The position numbers and the translations under genes are program-made. A DNA stretch of 64,000 nucleotides from NCBI GenBank assembly GCA_963764165.1, contig CAVXRD010000002.1, positions 352,001 through 416,000 on the forward strand, given 5' to 3'. Source of the DNA: an uncultured Verrucomicrobiae bacterium. GTDB lineage: Bacteria > Verrucomicrobiota > Verrucomicrobiia > Limisphaerales > Palsa-1400. Within the stretch, counting starts at the first letter, position 1. Every line of letters starts with the position of its first letter. The notes under the pieces are model-generated. The model did no database searches and was not told where the DNA came from. It saw only the letters and a list, made by a program, of their open reading frames with translations. Below, piece by piece: positions 39,410 to 50,275 of the stretch.

Positions 39410-42274
39410 TTATTTCTCATCCCTGTCCGACCTTCGTTGCGCTCGGCGCTTCGCGTCCAGCAGGCGGCTGGTGACATTGGCTTGCTCTTTGGTAGGGGGC
39501 TTTGAACCGGGGACCGAGGGCGCAGGTACGTTTTCGCCAGATTGCGGGGCGGGCTTGCCGGTGTCTTGAACTTCGATTTTCTTTTCAGGTTCGAACAGGG
39601 TCGGGCTTGGCTCGATGGCTGTGCGCTCGAGGCGGACTTTGCCGCGGCGGGTCAGCAAGGCGGACAAGGATTCGTCGGCTTCCTTCGGGCGGGCGACGCC
39701 CTTCCACGGCATCAAAATGCGGCGCAAGCTCCTTGTCGCCTTCAGCCATTCTTCGCGGTCGATTTGGATGCGGCGGACGGCGACGTCGAATGGGAAAAGC
39801 AGAATGGCAAATTTCAACAGCCAATCGCGCAGGTCAAATGGTTGAAAGGTCTCGATGCGATCGTGCGAAAATGGATTATCCGTGTCCGGGTCGAGGATTT
39901 TTCCAGCGCCGGTATCCGCGAGGCGGTGAAGCAGCGATGTGTTCGGGCCGGAATCGTCGAATTCCGGCGAATAGTTGACACTCAAGCCCAGCGCCTGGGA
40001 TTGGCCAGTGCCGCGGTCAACCAGGTTCATCAGGTAGGCGCCAACTTCCTTGGTCGGAAAGGTCGCGTCGTAATGGCCGGGGCCGGTTTGTTCCAATTGC
40101 AAAACCTGCTTATCCCCTTTCGGGCTGACGGCGAGCAATTGCAGATTCAGAAAATTCCGGTAATGGCCGTCCGCATCAATCGCCTCGACGCTCACGTGCC
40201 CCTCGCCTTTGTCCACCGCGACTTCCGTGTTGAAGTCCGCCGCATCGACGCGCCGCAAACTCCATTGCGCCGTCTGCTGCCAGAATTGCTGGAACTTCGC
40301 CCACGTCAGCCAGCTCGGCGCCCACTTCGCCCGCGCGTCCGAGGTGAACGCGACTGACCGGCCCAGGCCGTAATTCCAATGCGCGAGCAGCGGGTCGCCC
40401 TTGTCCGTGACGAGCGGCACTTCAGCGCGGCTTTTTGGCGTGGTGCAGACGTAGCCGAGCAACTGCGGAAATTCCGTCGGGCCAATGCCTTTGATGATTT
40501 CGCTGGAGGCCTTCTCCTGGGGCTTGAACGGCGCTTCAAAAATGGCCGACTTCAAAATCACCGATGCTTCCTTGACGAAAATCTGCGGCAAGTCCGACGC
40601 GGAATCGACCGCCCAAAATCTCCCGTGCCCTTCGGCGGCGAGGTACGACATCGTGTCCGGCGAAACGTGCCCGCCGATCATCACGGTGCTGATGGTAATT
40701 TTATGTGTGACAATGTCCTGGATAAGCGTCTTGGACGGCGCGCCGGGATCGCCATCGCTGAACACGATGAGGTGCTTCAAGCTGGCGGTGGATTTGGCAA
40801 GCGCCTCGTAAGCCGATTGCATTGGCGCCTGGAAATCCGGCATGTCGCCCGGGTTCATGCCGTTGATCTGGCGGCCCATGTATGTTTTGTCACCGACTTT
40901 CCCCAGCGGGAATTGCCAGTGAATATTGCCGTCCCACAATACAATGCCCATCTCATCCTGCGGGCCGAGCGCCTGCAGCGCCGCGTAGGCAATGTCGCGC
41001 GCCCAGCCGTTGCCTCCGGGAAATTCCGTGGCATGGCACACGATGGCCAGCGCGCCGTTCGGGAGAACTTTCTTGCTGTTCAATTCCATTTCCACCGGCA
41101 GCGCCGTTTCCAGTGGCGTCCCGCGATATCCTCCGGCCGCAAACGTTTGGTCGCCGCCGATGCAGACGAGGCCGCAGCCGAAATCGCGCACGGCGCTTTC
41201 CAGCAAGCGCATTGAATCCAGCCCAAGATCGCCCGCCGACATGTTGCAGAGAAAAATCGAATCGTAGCTCTGCAATTCGGCCAGGGTCTGCGGGAATTTG
41301 TCTGTCAAATGCACATCAAGCTTGCCGGCTTCAAGGGCCGACGCCAATTCGGTGTCGTGCTTCGGGTCGCTCGAAACAATCAGGACGCGCGGGTTGCCTC
41401 GGACGGTAGCGAAGGAAGTGGCGTGGTTGTTTTGCGGAATCGTGTCTCCGGGCGCGTCGAGTTGAACGTCGTATTTGTAAAAGCCGGGCTCGGTCAGCGT
41501 CTGCGGAAATGTGTAAAGGTTTTTGCCCCCGTTCAGTTGCACTTTTTGTTCGCCGAGCGAGCCATCGTTCAAATAAAGCCGGATCGTGGCGGTTTGCGCC
41601 GTGTCGGCTTGCGCGAAGATTTTAACATCGAAAGTCTGGCCCTTCTTGACAGTCGTCGGCAGCGTCAATTTGCGGATCGAAACGTCGTTGCCGCGGCTCG
41701 TGCCGAGCGGGACAACATCCAGGGTGACGCCCAGCGGAAGCGACGCGGTCAAGGCGGACATGGCATCGCCCACGTTTTCATTTCCATCGGACATCAGCAC
41801 GAGGCGCTTCTGGCCGGTTTCGGGAAAGGCGGCGGTGCCGAGGCGAATCGCGCTCGCAATGTCGGTGCGCTCCACGCCGACGACGGCCTGAATCTGGCGC
41901 AAATCGACCTGCGCGTTGGGCCGCGCCTCAATGGCGGCGTCCGCGCCAAAGACCAGCACGCCCGCGATGTCGTTGGCTTTCTTGTCTTTGACAGAGCGGT
42001 TGACGAACGCTCGCTCGGCATCCTGCTGGACAGACGGCACACTTCGAGACCTGTCAAGCATGTAAAAAACAGTCATTCCCTGCTGGGGTTTGCGCCATTC
42101 CAATCCCGCCGCGGCAAAACACAAGGCCAGCAGGACCAGCACGCGCAGCAAAAAGGCCGTCCAACGCCGCCATGTGCCAATTTGAACGTCCGACTTCCAG
42201 AAAAGCCACGCCGTCCAAGCCAGCGCGGGAGGCAGCGCCAGCAACCAGAGTGGGTTGGAAAATTGGAAGCTCAT
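39410..42274 (-). CDS. membrane vWA + glutamine-amidotransferase-like domain protein
   Basis: BatA-like N-terminal TMs, MIDAS DRSRS, SDGNEN, GGYRGTPLETALPV, second vWA FSDG, YGLGRSVAFTSD. ATG 42274 overlaps the upstream stop. Confidence 0.85.
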   Translation of the reverse strand: MSFQFSNPLWLLALPPALAWTAWLFWKSDVQIGTWRRWTAFLLRVLVLLALCFAAAGLEWRKPQQGMTVFYMLDRSRSVPSVQQDAERAFVNRSVKDKKANDIAGVLVFGADAAIEARPNAQVDLRQIQAVVGVERTDIASAIRLGTAAFPETGQKRLVLMSDGNENVGDAMSALTASLPLGVTLDVVPLGTSRGNDVSIRKLTLPTTVKKGQTFDVKIFAQADTAQTATIRLYLNDGSLGEQKVQLNGGKNLYTFPQTLTEPGFYKYDVQLDAPGDTIPQNNHATSFATVRGNPRVLIVSSDPKHDTELASALEAGKLDVHLTDKFPQTLAELQSYDSIFLCNMSAGDLGLDSMRLLESAVRDFGCGLVCIGGDQTFAAGGYRGTPLETALPVEMELNSKKVLPNGALAIVCHATEFPGGNGWARDIAYAALQALGPQDEMGIVLWDGNIHWQFPLGKVGDKTYMGRQINGMNPGDMPDFQAPMQSAYEALAKSTASLKHLIVFSDGDPGAPSKTLIQDIVTHKITISTVMIGGHVSPDTMSYLAAEGHGRFWAVDSASDLPQIFVKEASVILKSAIFEAPFKPQEKASSEIIKGIGPTEFPQLLGYVCTTPKSRAEVPLVTDKGDPLLAHWNYGLGRSVAFTSDARAKWAPSWLTWAKFQQFWQQTAQWSLRRVDAADFNTEVAVDKGEGHVSVEAIDADGHYRNFLNLQLLAVSPKGDKQVLQLEQTGPGHYDATFPTKEVGAYLMNLVDRGTGQSQALGLSVNYSPEFDDSGPNTSLLHRLADTGAGKILDPDTDNPFSHDRIETFQPFDLRDWLLKFAILLFPFDVAVRRIQIDREEWLKATRSLRRILMPWKGVARPKEADESLSALLTRRGKVRLERTAIEPSPTLFEPEKKIEVQDTGKPAPQSGENVPAPSVPGSKPPTKEQANVTSRLLDAKRRAQRRSDRDEK

Positions 42275-44598
42275 TTGCGGATGAATTTTTGCACCCGGTT
42301 GTTCAACGCATCGCAAACGTATAAATTGTCATGAGAATCGAAGGCAATGCTCCACGGATTGCTGAACTGGCCCGGGCCGCCGCCCGGCGAGCCGAGGATT
42401 TCCACCGTCCTGTCATTCGAGTCAATAATCTGAATCCGGCTGTTGCCAAACTCGCAAACAAACTGGTAGCCCTTCGAATCCAGCCGAATGTCGTAGGGAT
42501 AGCTGAACTCGCCGCTGCCAGAGCCCGCCTTGCCGTATTGGCGTTCAAACTTCCCCTCCCCGTCAAAAACCTGAATGCGATGGTTGCAGGAATCCGCCAC
42601 GTAAATGTTGTCGTTGGTGTCAATGCCAAGGCCCTCCGCGCGATTGAATTCGCCCGGGCGGTCGCCCAATTTCCCCCATGTTCCCAGGCACTTTTCGCCA
42701 TGGGAGGTGAAATGCTGGACGCGTTCGGATTCGGTGTATTCACAGACATAAAGATCGCCCTTCTTATTGACACACGCCGCGCGGGGCATTCCCAACTGGC
42801 CAAAGTTGGTGCCCTTGACGCCAAATTGCGCGTCGAGCTTGCCTTCAGGGGAAAAGAAATTGACGCGCGAATAGTGCGGTTCCACCAGAACGATGTCGCC
42901 AGTTTTGTCAGTACACATGCCCTTGGGCCTGCCCTTTTCGATTTGCGGCATCTGCCATTCCATCAGGAATTTTCCGTCGGGCGAAAATTTCTGGACGCGG
43001 CCCGTCATGTCGATGACGAAGAGATTGTCCTTGGTGTCGAGGGCGACTGAGCGGGGTTTGTTGAATTCACCAATTCCCGCGCCCCGCCCGCCGATGATTT
43101 CCACGCGGCTGAAGAACTTGCTGTCAACAGGAGCGCTTTTCCGATCATCCACCGAGCAGGAAGCCACCAGCGGAACAGCGACCGCCAGCGCCACCGCAAA
43201 CCCCACGCCGCGAAAAGACCGCGTCTTTGCGAACATCAACCAAAATCCCCAAAACGCGAGCGGAACGAGCGCCAGCAGCAGCAGCAGCAGGCAGAGCGCG
43301 TTGACTTGCGAGTTGTGACCGTAGTGAAGCAAATTGAAAATTCTTAGCGACAGACTCTCGCCGCCCGGCGGCACGATCAGCACGAGCGTTTCCACGTCCC
43401 ACAGGCATAGCAGATAGGTGACATACCACGCCGCGCCGACTTGGGCTGACGCCTGCGGCCAGTGAACATGCCGCAGCGTTTGCCAGAAATTCGCGCCTTC
43501 CAATCGCGCCATCGCCAGCAATCCGGCATCACCGGTGCGCAGCGCGCGAGCCACAATGTTCCAGCCGAGCGCGGCATAGCGGACGACATAAGCGAGAATG
43601 ACGATCCCCGCGCTTTGGTAAAACCCCTCAGTGCCGGGCCGATTAAAAATCCAAATCAGCGCGATTCCAAGCAACACGCCCGGGACAAAAAATGGCAGCC
43701 ATAACGCCGAATCAAGCCGCCAGCGCCACGTCAACAACGCAATAAGGATAACGCCCGTTGCGGAAAGGATCGAATATTCCAGCGAATGCGCAATGGCCCA
43801 GTGTCCGGCTTCCGTTGCCGTTACAAATTGCGACCATGTGTTCCGGCTTTGACACAATTCCCAAAGAGGAACCGCCAGAGAAAATGCGGCCAAGACGACC
43901 GCAGCCGCCGCCCCCGCCCAATGCCATCCGCCTCCGAGCTGCCGACGCAAGGCTGCCGCCTCGGCTGGTTTTGCCTGCCACGACCACGCGTTGTCGCCGC
44001 CGCGAAAACTCCACATGAGCACCAGCGGCGCAAGCACCAGCGGCCAGCACAATTCAATTGCAGATGCATAGTCAAACGTCGTGTTAAACCGCACCCACAC
44101 TTCCGCCGGAAAAACCTTCACCTGCAAAATGGCGGGCACGGCGAAATTGTTAAGCGCCATGACCAGCGTCAGAATGGAACTTTGCACGAGCGCGGTGCGG
44201 GCCAGCGGCAGCAGCAGCCACCGCAGCAAAAAACGCCCTTCCAATCTCGGATCAACTTCCAGTTGCACGGCTTGGACGCGCCGCCACGCGGCTGTCACGA
44301 ATAAAAATGAGATGGGCCAATTGAGGAGCATCAGAGTCCAGGCCGCCCCGCCCATTGAGTAAATATTGACCGGCAGCCATTCCCGCCAAATGCCTCGTTC
44401 GCCGAGCAATTCAATCCAGCAATTGACGACAAGAAACGGCGGGAGAACCAATGCCACCACAGCCGCAGCCAGAAACAGTCCGCGCGCGCGGCCCGCGCAA
44501 CTCGCGAACCACAGCGCCGCCAGCGCCCCGCCCAACACGGCGAGGAAGGCCGAAACTCCGCTCACCAAAAGACTGTTGCAGACCAGCGGCCAGTTCAA
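42271..44598 (-). CDS. FbpB/ThiP-like ABC permease fused to an NHL-repeat beta-propeller
   Basis: Two permease halves (LVLPPFL...NNFAVPAIL; VPGVLLGIALI...ARLEGA), then FNKPRSVA, VADSCNHRIQVF, FSYPYDI NHL repeats. TTG 44598 overlaps the upstream stop. Confidence 0.85.
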   Translation of the reverse strand: MNWPLVCNSLLVSGVSAFLAVLGGALAALWFASCAGRARGLFLAAAVVALVLPPFLVVNCWIELLGERGIWREWLPVNIYSMGGAAWTLMLLNWPISFLFVTAAWRRVQAVQLEVDPRLEGRFLLRWLLLPLARTALVQSSILTLVMALNNFAVPAILQVKVFPAEVWVRFNTTFDYASAIELCWPLVLAPLVLMWSFRGGDNAWSWQAKPAEAAALRRQLGGGWHWAGAAAAVVLAAFSLAVPLWELCQSRNTWSQFVTATEAGHWAIAHSLEYSILSATGVILIALLTWRWRLDSALWLPFFVPGVLLGIALIWIFNRPGTEGFYQSAGIVILAYVVRYAALGWNIVARALRTGDAGLLAMARLEGANFWQTLRHVHWPQASAQVGAAWYVTYLLCLWDVETLVLIVPPGGESLSLRIFNLLHYGHNSQVNALCLLLLLLALVPLAFWGFWLMFAKTRSFRGVGFAVALAVAVPLVASCSVDDRKSAPVDSKFFSRVEIIGGRGAGIGEFNKPRSVALDTKDNLFVIDMTGRVQKFSPDGKFLMEWQMPQIEKGRPKGMCTDKTGDIVLVEPHYSRVNFFSPEGKLDAQFGVKGTNFGQLGMPRAACVNKKGDLYVCEYTESERVQHFTSHGEKCLGTWGKLGDRPGEFNRAEGLGIDTNDNIYVADSCNHRIQVFDGEGKFERQYGKAGSGSGEFSYPYDIRLDSKGYQFVCEFGNSRIQIIDSNDRTVEILGSPGGGPGQFSNPWSIAFDSHDNLYVCDALNNRVQKFIRK

Positions 44599-46430
44599 AC
44601 AGTCCTCCGATGGTAATACCACCACTCGAACATCAGCACGGCCAGCGCGCCCATGGCAATCCAGCGCCAGATTTCGACGCTCGCCTGCTTCATTTCCGTC
44701 GCGCCGACCTTGTTGAATTTTCCAAAGTTCAATTCATCGCGCGGCTTGGTGTTGCTCTCGGCGGCGTCCAGCACGTTGACGCAAAAATCGACTTCGTTGG
44801 TCCCGGCGCGGAGACGATACATGCCCTGCTTGTCCGTATGGCCAAAAATAATTTCGCGGTTGCCGTTCACTGAAACGGATTCCTTTATTCCACCGGGAAG
44901 CGTGATTTCGGCGTTCGTAACGGCCTGGCCTGCGCCAAACTTGAACGGATCGCCTGCGTGCAGCATTAACTCCTGCGATTTCGTCGCCGCGGGATTCAGC
45001 CAGCCAATCGCGTTGGCCATGAACATCGGGAACGAAGCGCGGCGCGGCCACGTGCTTTGCAGCGTATCAAAACCGATCCACAAAATTCTCTGGTGCGAAA
45101 GTTCGCCCGCCAAAATCAGCGGCGTCTCCTGCGCTTCGACCAGCGGCACCGCCCAGCCCGGCATCTTCACGCCCATCGTTTCGGCGATCCCCACGTTGTC
45201 GAGATTGATGTAGCGCAGCAGCGGATGCGTATTTTTCCAATCGACGATGGAGGGGTTTTCCACGTTCGTCGAACCGTCCGGAAACAAATTTGTATTCACC
45301 ACATGCACCAGGAGCAAATTCGCCTTCGGCCAAACGGTGGGAGTGACGTCATCAAGCACCACCAAATCCTGTCCCGGCGCGCCGTCCGCGGTGTCCTGTG
45401 CGATCGTCAAATCCACACTCGCGGCGGCGTGCAGCGCCTTGGCCATGAAATTATTCCCGCGCGTCACCAGCAGCACTTTGGCCGGCTGAGGGAGGAGGCT
45501 CACCATCGACGCTTGATTGTCCGCCGCCAGATCGTCCTTCGCATCGATGCGCACGGTGAAAATGCCGTTGCTCTCCTGCGTGGCGGAAAAAACCTGCGGC
45601 GATGTCTCTCCCGCCGGAATCGTCAGCGGCCGAGTGTCAACAACTTCGCCGTTAAATAAAAGTTCCAGCGCCGTAGTCACCGGGTTGGTGGTGAAATTGA
45701 CGATGCTGGTGTAAATGGCGCGCTCCTTGTGGTTCTCCGGGCTGTCGCGAATATCGAGTGTCGTGATGCCGACATTTTCACACCGGCGCCCGAGCCGGTG
45801 ATAGACGACGTGCAAATTCTTGTTTTCAAATTCGCTCAAATCGCCCGCCGCGCCGTCGCTGAATAGATCGATCTGCGCATCGTGCTTGTCGCGCACCAGC
45901 GTGTCGGCCAGCTTGAGCGCCTCGGTCAGGCGCGTTGGGGAATCGGTCACCTTGCATTGCTGGAGGGCGCGGCGCAAGGCGGTTTTGTCGGCGGTGGCGG
46001 ATTGCTTGACTTCGGTATTCCCAGCGGCCAGCAGAATGAGCATTTGCTCTTCGTCCTTTAGCCCGTCGACCATTTTGAGCGCTTCGGCCCGCCCCTTCTC
46101 GAAACGGGACGGTTCTTCGTCAGTGCTCTGCATCGAAGCGGATGCGTCAAGAACAACCACGCGCAAATCGCCCGACGCGGTGTGCCCCGCAAAGTAAGGC
46201 CGGCTCAAGGCGAGAATGGCGAGCAGCAGCAGGAGCAATTGCAGGATCAGGAGCCAGTTATGGCGAAGGCGCTGGAACGGGGCATTGGCCTGCGTCTCGG
46301 CCATGAATTTCTGCCACAGCAAGGTGCTCGAGATGAGCTTGACCACCCGGCGGCGCTTTAAGAGGTAGAAGACCACCACCACCGGCAAAGTGGCAGCGAA
46401 CCAAAACGCTCCTGGCGACAAGAACCTCAC
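44595..46430 (-). CDS. BatA N-terminal + vWA domain protein
   Basis: YLLKRRR..ISSTLLW, LSRP, MIDAS DASASM, SDG, DDLAADN, C-terminal EWWYYHRR. Confidence 0.85.
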   Translation of the reverse strand: MRFLSPGAFWFAATLPVVVVFYLLKRRRVVKLISSTLLWQKFMAETQANAPFQRLRHNWLLILQLLLLLLAILALSRPYFAGHTASGDLRVVVLDASASMQSTDEEPSRFEKGRAEALKMVDGLKDEEQMLILLAAGNTEVKQSATADKTALRRALQQCKVTDSPTRLTEALKLADTLVRDKHDAQIDLFSDGAAGDLSEFENKNLHVVYHRLGRRCENVGITTLDIRDSPENHKERAIYTSIVNFTTNPVTTALELLFNGEVVDTRPLTIPAGETSPQVFSATQESNGIFTVRIDAKDDLAADNQASMVSLLPQPAKVLLVTRGNNFMAKALHAAASVDLTIAQDTADGAPGQDLVVLDDVTPTVWPKANLLLVHVVNTNLFPDGSTNVENPSIVDWKNTHPLLRYINLDNVGIAETMGVKMPGWAVPLVEAQETPLILAGELSHQRILWIGFDTLQSTWPRRASFPMFMANAIGWLNPAATKSQELMLHAGDPFKFGAGQAVTNAEITLPGGIKESVSVNGNREIIFGHTDKQGMYRLRAGTNEVDFCVNVLDAAESNTKPRDELNFGKFNKVGATEMKQASVEIWRWIAMGALAVLMFEWWYYHRRTV

Positions 46431-46670
46431 TGATTAAAAAAAGCTTAAAGACCGGCTGTCAAAGTTCAAGGTTCAAGTGGGGGCGACGCCGGAACCGTCA
46501 ACAACACGCCTCTCAATTGCGCCTCGCCCTCCTGGCAAATCAGCGCGTCCGAATTCAAGCTTAGACAGCCCAACCCGCCCTTTGTCACAATAATAATAAC
46601 CATGTGATCCCCAAAAAATGGCAACATCCGTTACACCGTTGATTGTCAGGCATTTAGGCGGCGACATAGA

Positions 46671-47000
46671 GTTCCTCGCTGTTTTCGGTTGAATGGCGAT
46701 CTCCGCGCAGCATTTGCCGGAAACCTGTTTTAACAGCACAAGGCTGGGTGCAAGAGACGGCTCAAAAAACGCAAAGTGCAATAGGGTGCAATAGAGTGCA
46801 ACGGTCTCCTTCCGGTGAAGCCCCGTCGGAGGCCTCCAATAACAGGGCAACAGACTGCGGCGCATGAACACGAAGCGCCGCGCTGCGCAGCCTCCCTCAA
46901 TATGACCTTGCTTATGCATGAACGCATTTTGCCCCGGCAGGGGCTGGACGGAAAACCTACCAGAGTGTTTTCGGCACGATTTTTTGGAGAAATATTGAAA
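46671..47000 (-). repeat. dispersed non-coding element, copy B
   Basis: Collinear with 29897-30291. GTGCAA at 46748, 46776, 46786 and 46796. Confidence 0.8.
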
Positions 47001-47188
47001 AAAACCAAACAGGAGTGGTTTTTGGATGTTTACAGCGGAGTGCTGATTGGTCTTTGTTTTCCTCTGCGCCCTCATCTTCTCTGCGCGAGATTTCTTGTCC
47101 CTCTCGCAATGCACACGGAGCATTTTGTCGTTGAGCGCTCCGCGCTGCTCTTGAAATTTCACCCGCGCCATTGTAGTCTGCGCCCGGT

Positions 47189-47716
47189 ATGAAAAAACTT
47201 CTGCTTGCCATCGCGTTGTTGACCATCAGCTCTGCCACGCTCCTTGCCGAACCGCCGCCCTCGTCGGACAAGGTCATGGCTGAGGTCAAACAAAAGGCTG
47301 CCGCCGAGAATAAAACAATTTTTGTCCACTTCGGCGCATCGTGGTGCATTTGGTGCAAGCGGTTGGACGCTTTTCTTGACCGGCCCGACATCAAGCCGGT
47401 ATTCGAGAAATATTTCGTTCCCGTCAAACTCGATGTGCAAGAACACGACGACAAAAAGAATCTGGAAAATCCCGGCGCGGACAAGTTGATGGCGAAGCTC
47501 GATGGCACAAAAGGCGGCCTTCCCTACTTCGCTTTCCTAACCGTCAGCGGAGAACCTATTGCCAACTCAATGAACAACGGCGACAACGTCGGCTACCCCG
47601 CTGAACCCGGCGAAATTGATTATTTCCTCAGAATTATCAAAAAGGCCGCGCCACAAATGACCGATGCCGACATTCACACGATCGAAACGGCGCTGCGGAG
47701 TTTTAAGCGCGCTTGA
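47189..47716 (+). CDS. exported thioredoxin family protein
   Basis: Signal peptide, WCIWC, GLPYF cis-Pro loop. Promoter TTGAAA-17-TAGTCT 9 nt upstream. Confidence 0.9.
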   Translation: MKKLLLAIALLTISSATLLAEPPPSSDKVMAEVKQKAAAENKTIFVHFGASWCIWCKRLDAFLDRPDIKPVFEKYFVPVKLDVQEHDDKKNLENPGADKLMAKLDGTKGGLPYFAFLTVSGEPIANSMNNGDNVGYPAEPGEIDYFLRIIKKAAPQMTDADIHTIETALRSFKRA

Positions 47717-47738
47717 GGCAGGGAATAATCAAAGAAGA

Positions 47739-47830
47739 GCCACCAGAAGGTCACAAAGGTCAGAAAGGGGGACGGACCGCAGATGAATTGCTCCCTCTTC
47801 GTTAACTTCGTTTGCTTCTGTTCAGATCTT
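47739..47830. repeat. AACAGAAG-family palindromic repeat
   Basis: Inverted homolog of 3927-4029, again between convergent genes. Confidence 0.65.
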
Positions 47831-47874
47831 CCGGCCCGCCTCTGCTAAAGGTCGTCGCGGTAAACAAGGCACAC

Positions 47875-50262
47875 TTACCTCCGCCGCCAAGGTGGCTTGC
47901 TTTTGGAACCGGGGCGCGGTTTTCCCGGGCGGTTCGTGCTGAATAGATTGGAACTGGAACTGGGGATCATCGGTTTCTTTTCCGCTGAGCCGGAAGTTCG
48001 TTCTGGCTTTCCCGAGGGTCTATCTGTTCTGCGCGGGCCTTGGTCTGGTTTTCTGGAAGGTTTATAAGTCCTGCGAGAAGTCTGCTCGGATCTTCCGAAG
48101 CGATCTTCGGTGCGGCGAGGGGGCTGCTCCATTCTTCCAGGTGCTCTTTCCGTTTTGCCAACGGTCTTCACCAATTTGAAATCCACCTGCTTTTTGAAAC
48201 TGTCCACCTTCGCCACCTGCACCATCACTTTGTCGCCGGATTTAATAACGCGGCGCGTGCGGCGGCCGGTGAGCTGGTGGCGGGATTCGTCGTAAACGAA
48301 GAAATCATCCTCCACACTCGAAAGATGCACCAGGCCGCTCATGCCGAGCGTCGAAACATCCACGAAAAATCCGAAGTTCCGCAAATCGATGACGAGGGCC
48401 GGGTAGGACTCCGGCTGGCCGCTCTCAAGCTGCTTGCGAAGATAGGCGTACATCTTGACGTCCTTGCTGTCGCGCTCGGCGTCGGAGGAATTTCGCTCGG
48501 TGTCGGAAATATGCGCCGCCATTGTCTTGAGCAATCCCGGCGGAATTTTGATGCTGTCAAAAAGAACCCGGTGGACAATCAAATCCGCGTAACGGCGAAT
48601 GGGCGAAGTGAAATGGGTGTATTTCATCTTGGCCAAACCGTAATGCCCCAGCGGTTCAAGCGCGTAGCGGGCGCGCATGAGCGATTTGAGAAAACCGATC
48701 TTCAACGCCGGCCCCACCGGAAGCGTGTCAAGATGGCGAAGCAATTTTTGGACTTCCAAACGGTCGCTCAGTTTGCCGCAGGGAATATGGTGGCTCAAGA
48801 CGTCCTGCCGATACTCCTCCAGGCGCATTTCGGCGGGAGGCTCGTGGACGCGGTAAATTGCCGGAAGCCTCAAGGCCATCAGGCGCGTTGCCACGGCCTC
48901 GTTGGCCAGCAGCATGTATTCCTCGATCAACTGGTGCGAAACATCATTCTCGATTTTTTCGATGCGCAGCACGCGGCCGTGCTCGTCAAGACGAATTTTG
49001 CTCTCGGGAAAATCAAGGGCGAGCGAACCCGCCTGAAAACGGGCCCGCCGAATGCGCTGGGCAAGCTGATGCGCGTCGTGGAGCATCTGCGCTATCGGAT
49101 CGCCACCGTCCGGCCCTTGCAGGATGGCGAAGGCTTCCTTGTAGGTGAAGCGGTGGCGCGAACGGATGACCGCCGAGTAGAATTTTGATTCCAAGACGCG
49201 GCCTTCCCCGGAGACGACAAACTCGACGCACTTGGTCAATCGATCCACTCCCGCCTTGAGCGAGCAAATCTCGTTGCTCAACGCCTCCGGCAGCATCGGA
49301 ATCACTCTGTCAACCAAATATGTGGAATTGCCGCGCTTGCGGGCTTCCTCGTCCAAGGCGGTTCCGGCGCGGACATAATGCGAAACATCCGCGATATGCA
49401 CCCACAAGCGCCATTTCGGCCCTTCGCGGCGGAGGCAAATGGCGTCGTCGAAATCCTTGGCATCATCCGGGTCTATGGTTACAACGGAGTGGTTGCGGCA
49501 ATCCACCCGGCCTGAGCATTCGTCCGGCAGCGGCTCGCCGCGCGGGCGGGATTTCGCCAACTCGGCGGCTTCCTGCAAAACGTTTTGCGGAAAGTGCAGC
49601 GGAAGATTGTATTGGCGCAGCACGGAAAGCATATCGACGCCTTCCTGATCCGCCGGGCCGAGGACTTCAATGATTTCCCCCTCAGGATTCGTATGTCGCG
49701 ATTCCCAGACGCGCAATTCCACAACCACTTTGTCGCCGATGTTCGGCGCGCGGCCGACATCCGTTGGCGGCGAAACATAAATATCGTGCGGAATGCGCGG
49801 GTCGTCGGGGATGACGAATAGGAATTGCTTGCTGCGCTGCAAGGTGCCAACGAGCTGCGTGCGAACGCGCTCCAAAATCCGAACCACCGAGCCGCTTTTT
49901 TCCCCGGGGCGTCCGCCTCCTCTGCCCACTTCGCGGCGAATGAGCACGCGATCACCGTTGAGGGCTGTGCCGGTCGCGCTTTCGGGGATGACGAATTCGC
50001 CCTGGGCGGGATCATCGGCTTCCAGGAAGCCTTTGCCTTGGCGGTTCATGCGAATGCGGCCGGGAATCAAATCAGCCTCTTGCGACGGAATATAACGCCC
50101 GCTTTTGGTGCGGACAATCTGCCCCTTGCGCTCGAGGTCGTTGAGGATTTCTTCCAGTTCCTTGTGCTGGTCTGGCTGCATCCCGAGGCGGCCAATCAAC
50201 TGGTGAATATCGGATGGCCGGTAATCCTTCCGGGCCAGCAAACGAAGAATAAGTTGCTCCAT
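47875..50262 (-). CDS. rnr: ribonuclease R
   Basis: HTH, cold-shock domains, TIDPDDAKDFDDA, HFTSPIRRYADL, S1 domain, basic tail. Confidence 0.95.
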   Translation of the reverse strand: MEQLILRLLARKDYRPSDIHQLIGRLGMQPDQHKELEEILNDLERKGQIVRTKSGRYIPSQEADLIPGRIRMNRQGKGFLEADDPAQGEFVIPESATGTALNGDRVLIRREVGRGGGRPGEKSGSVVRILERVRTQLVGTLQRSKQFLFVIPDDPRIPHDIYVSPPTDVGRAPNIGDKVVVELRVWESRHTNPEGEIIEVLGPADQEGVDMLSVLRQYNLPLHFPQNVLQEAAELAKSRPRGEPLPDECSGRVDCRNHSVVTIDPDDAKDFDDAICLRREGPKWRLWVHIADVSHYVRAGTALDEEARKRGNSTYLVDRVIPMLPEALSNEICSLKAGVDRLTKCVEFVVSGEGRVLESKFYSAVIRSRHRFTYKEAFAILQGPDGGDPIAQMLHDAHQLAQRIRRARFQAGSLALDFPESKIRLDEHGRVLRIEKIENDVSHQLIEEYMLLANEAVATRLMALRLPAIYRVHEPPAEMRLEEYRQDVLSHHIPCGKLSDRLEVQKLLRHLDTLPVGPALKIGFLKSLMRARYALEPLGHYGLAKMKYTHFTSPIRRYADLIVHRVLFDSIKIPPGLLKTMAAHISDTERNSSDAERDSKDVKMYAYLRKQLESGQPESYPALVIDLRNFGFFVDVSTLGMSGLVHLSSVEDDFFVYDESRHQLTGRRTRRVIKSGDKVMVQVAKVDSFKKQVDFKLVKTVGKTERAPGRMEQPPRRTEDRFGRSEQTSRRTYKPSRKPDQGPRRTDRPSGKPERTSGSAEKKPMIPSSSSNLFSTNRPGKPRPGSKSKPPWRRR

Positions 50263-50275
50263 AAGGTCGCCGCTG

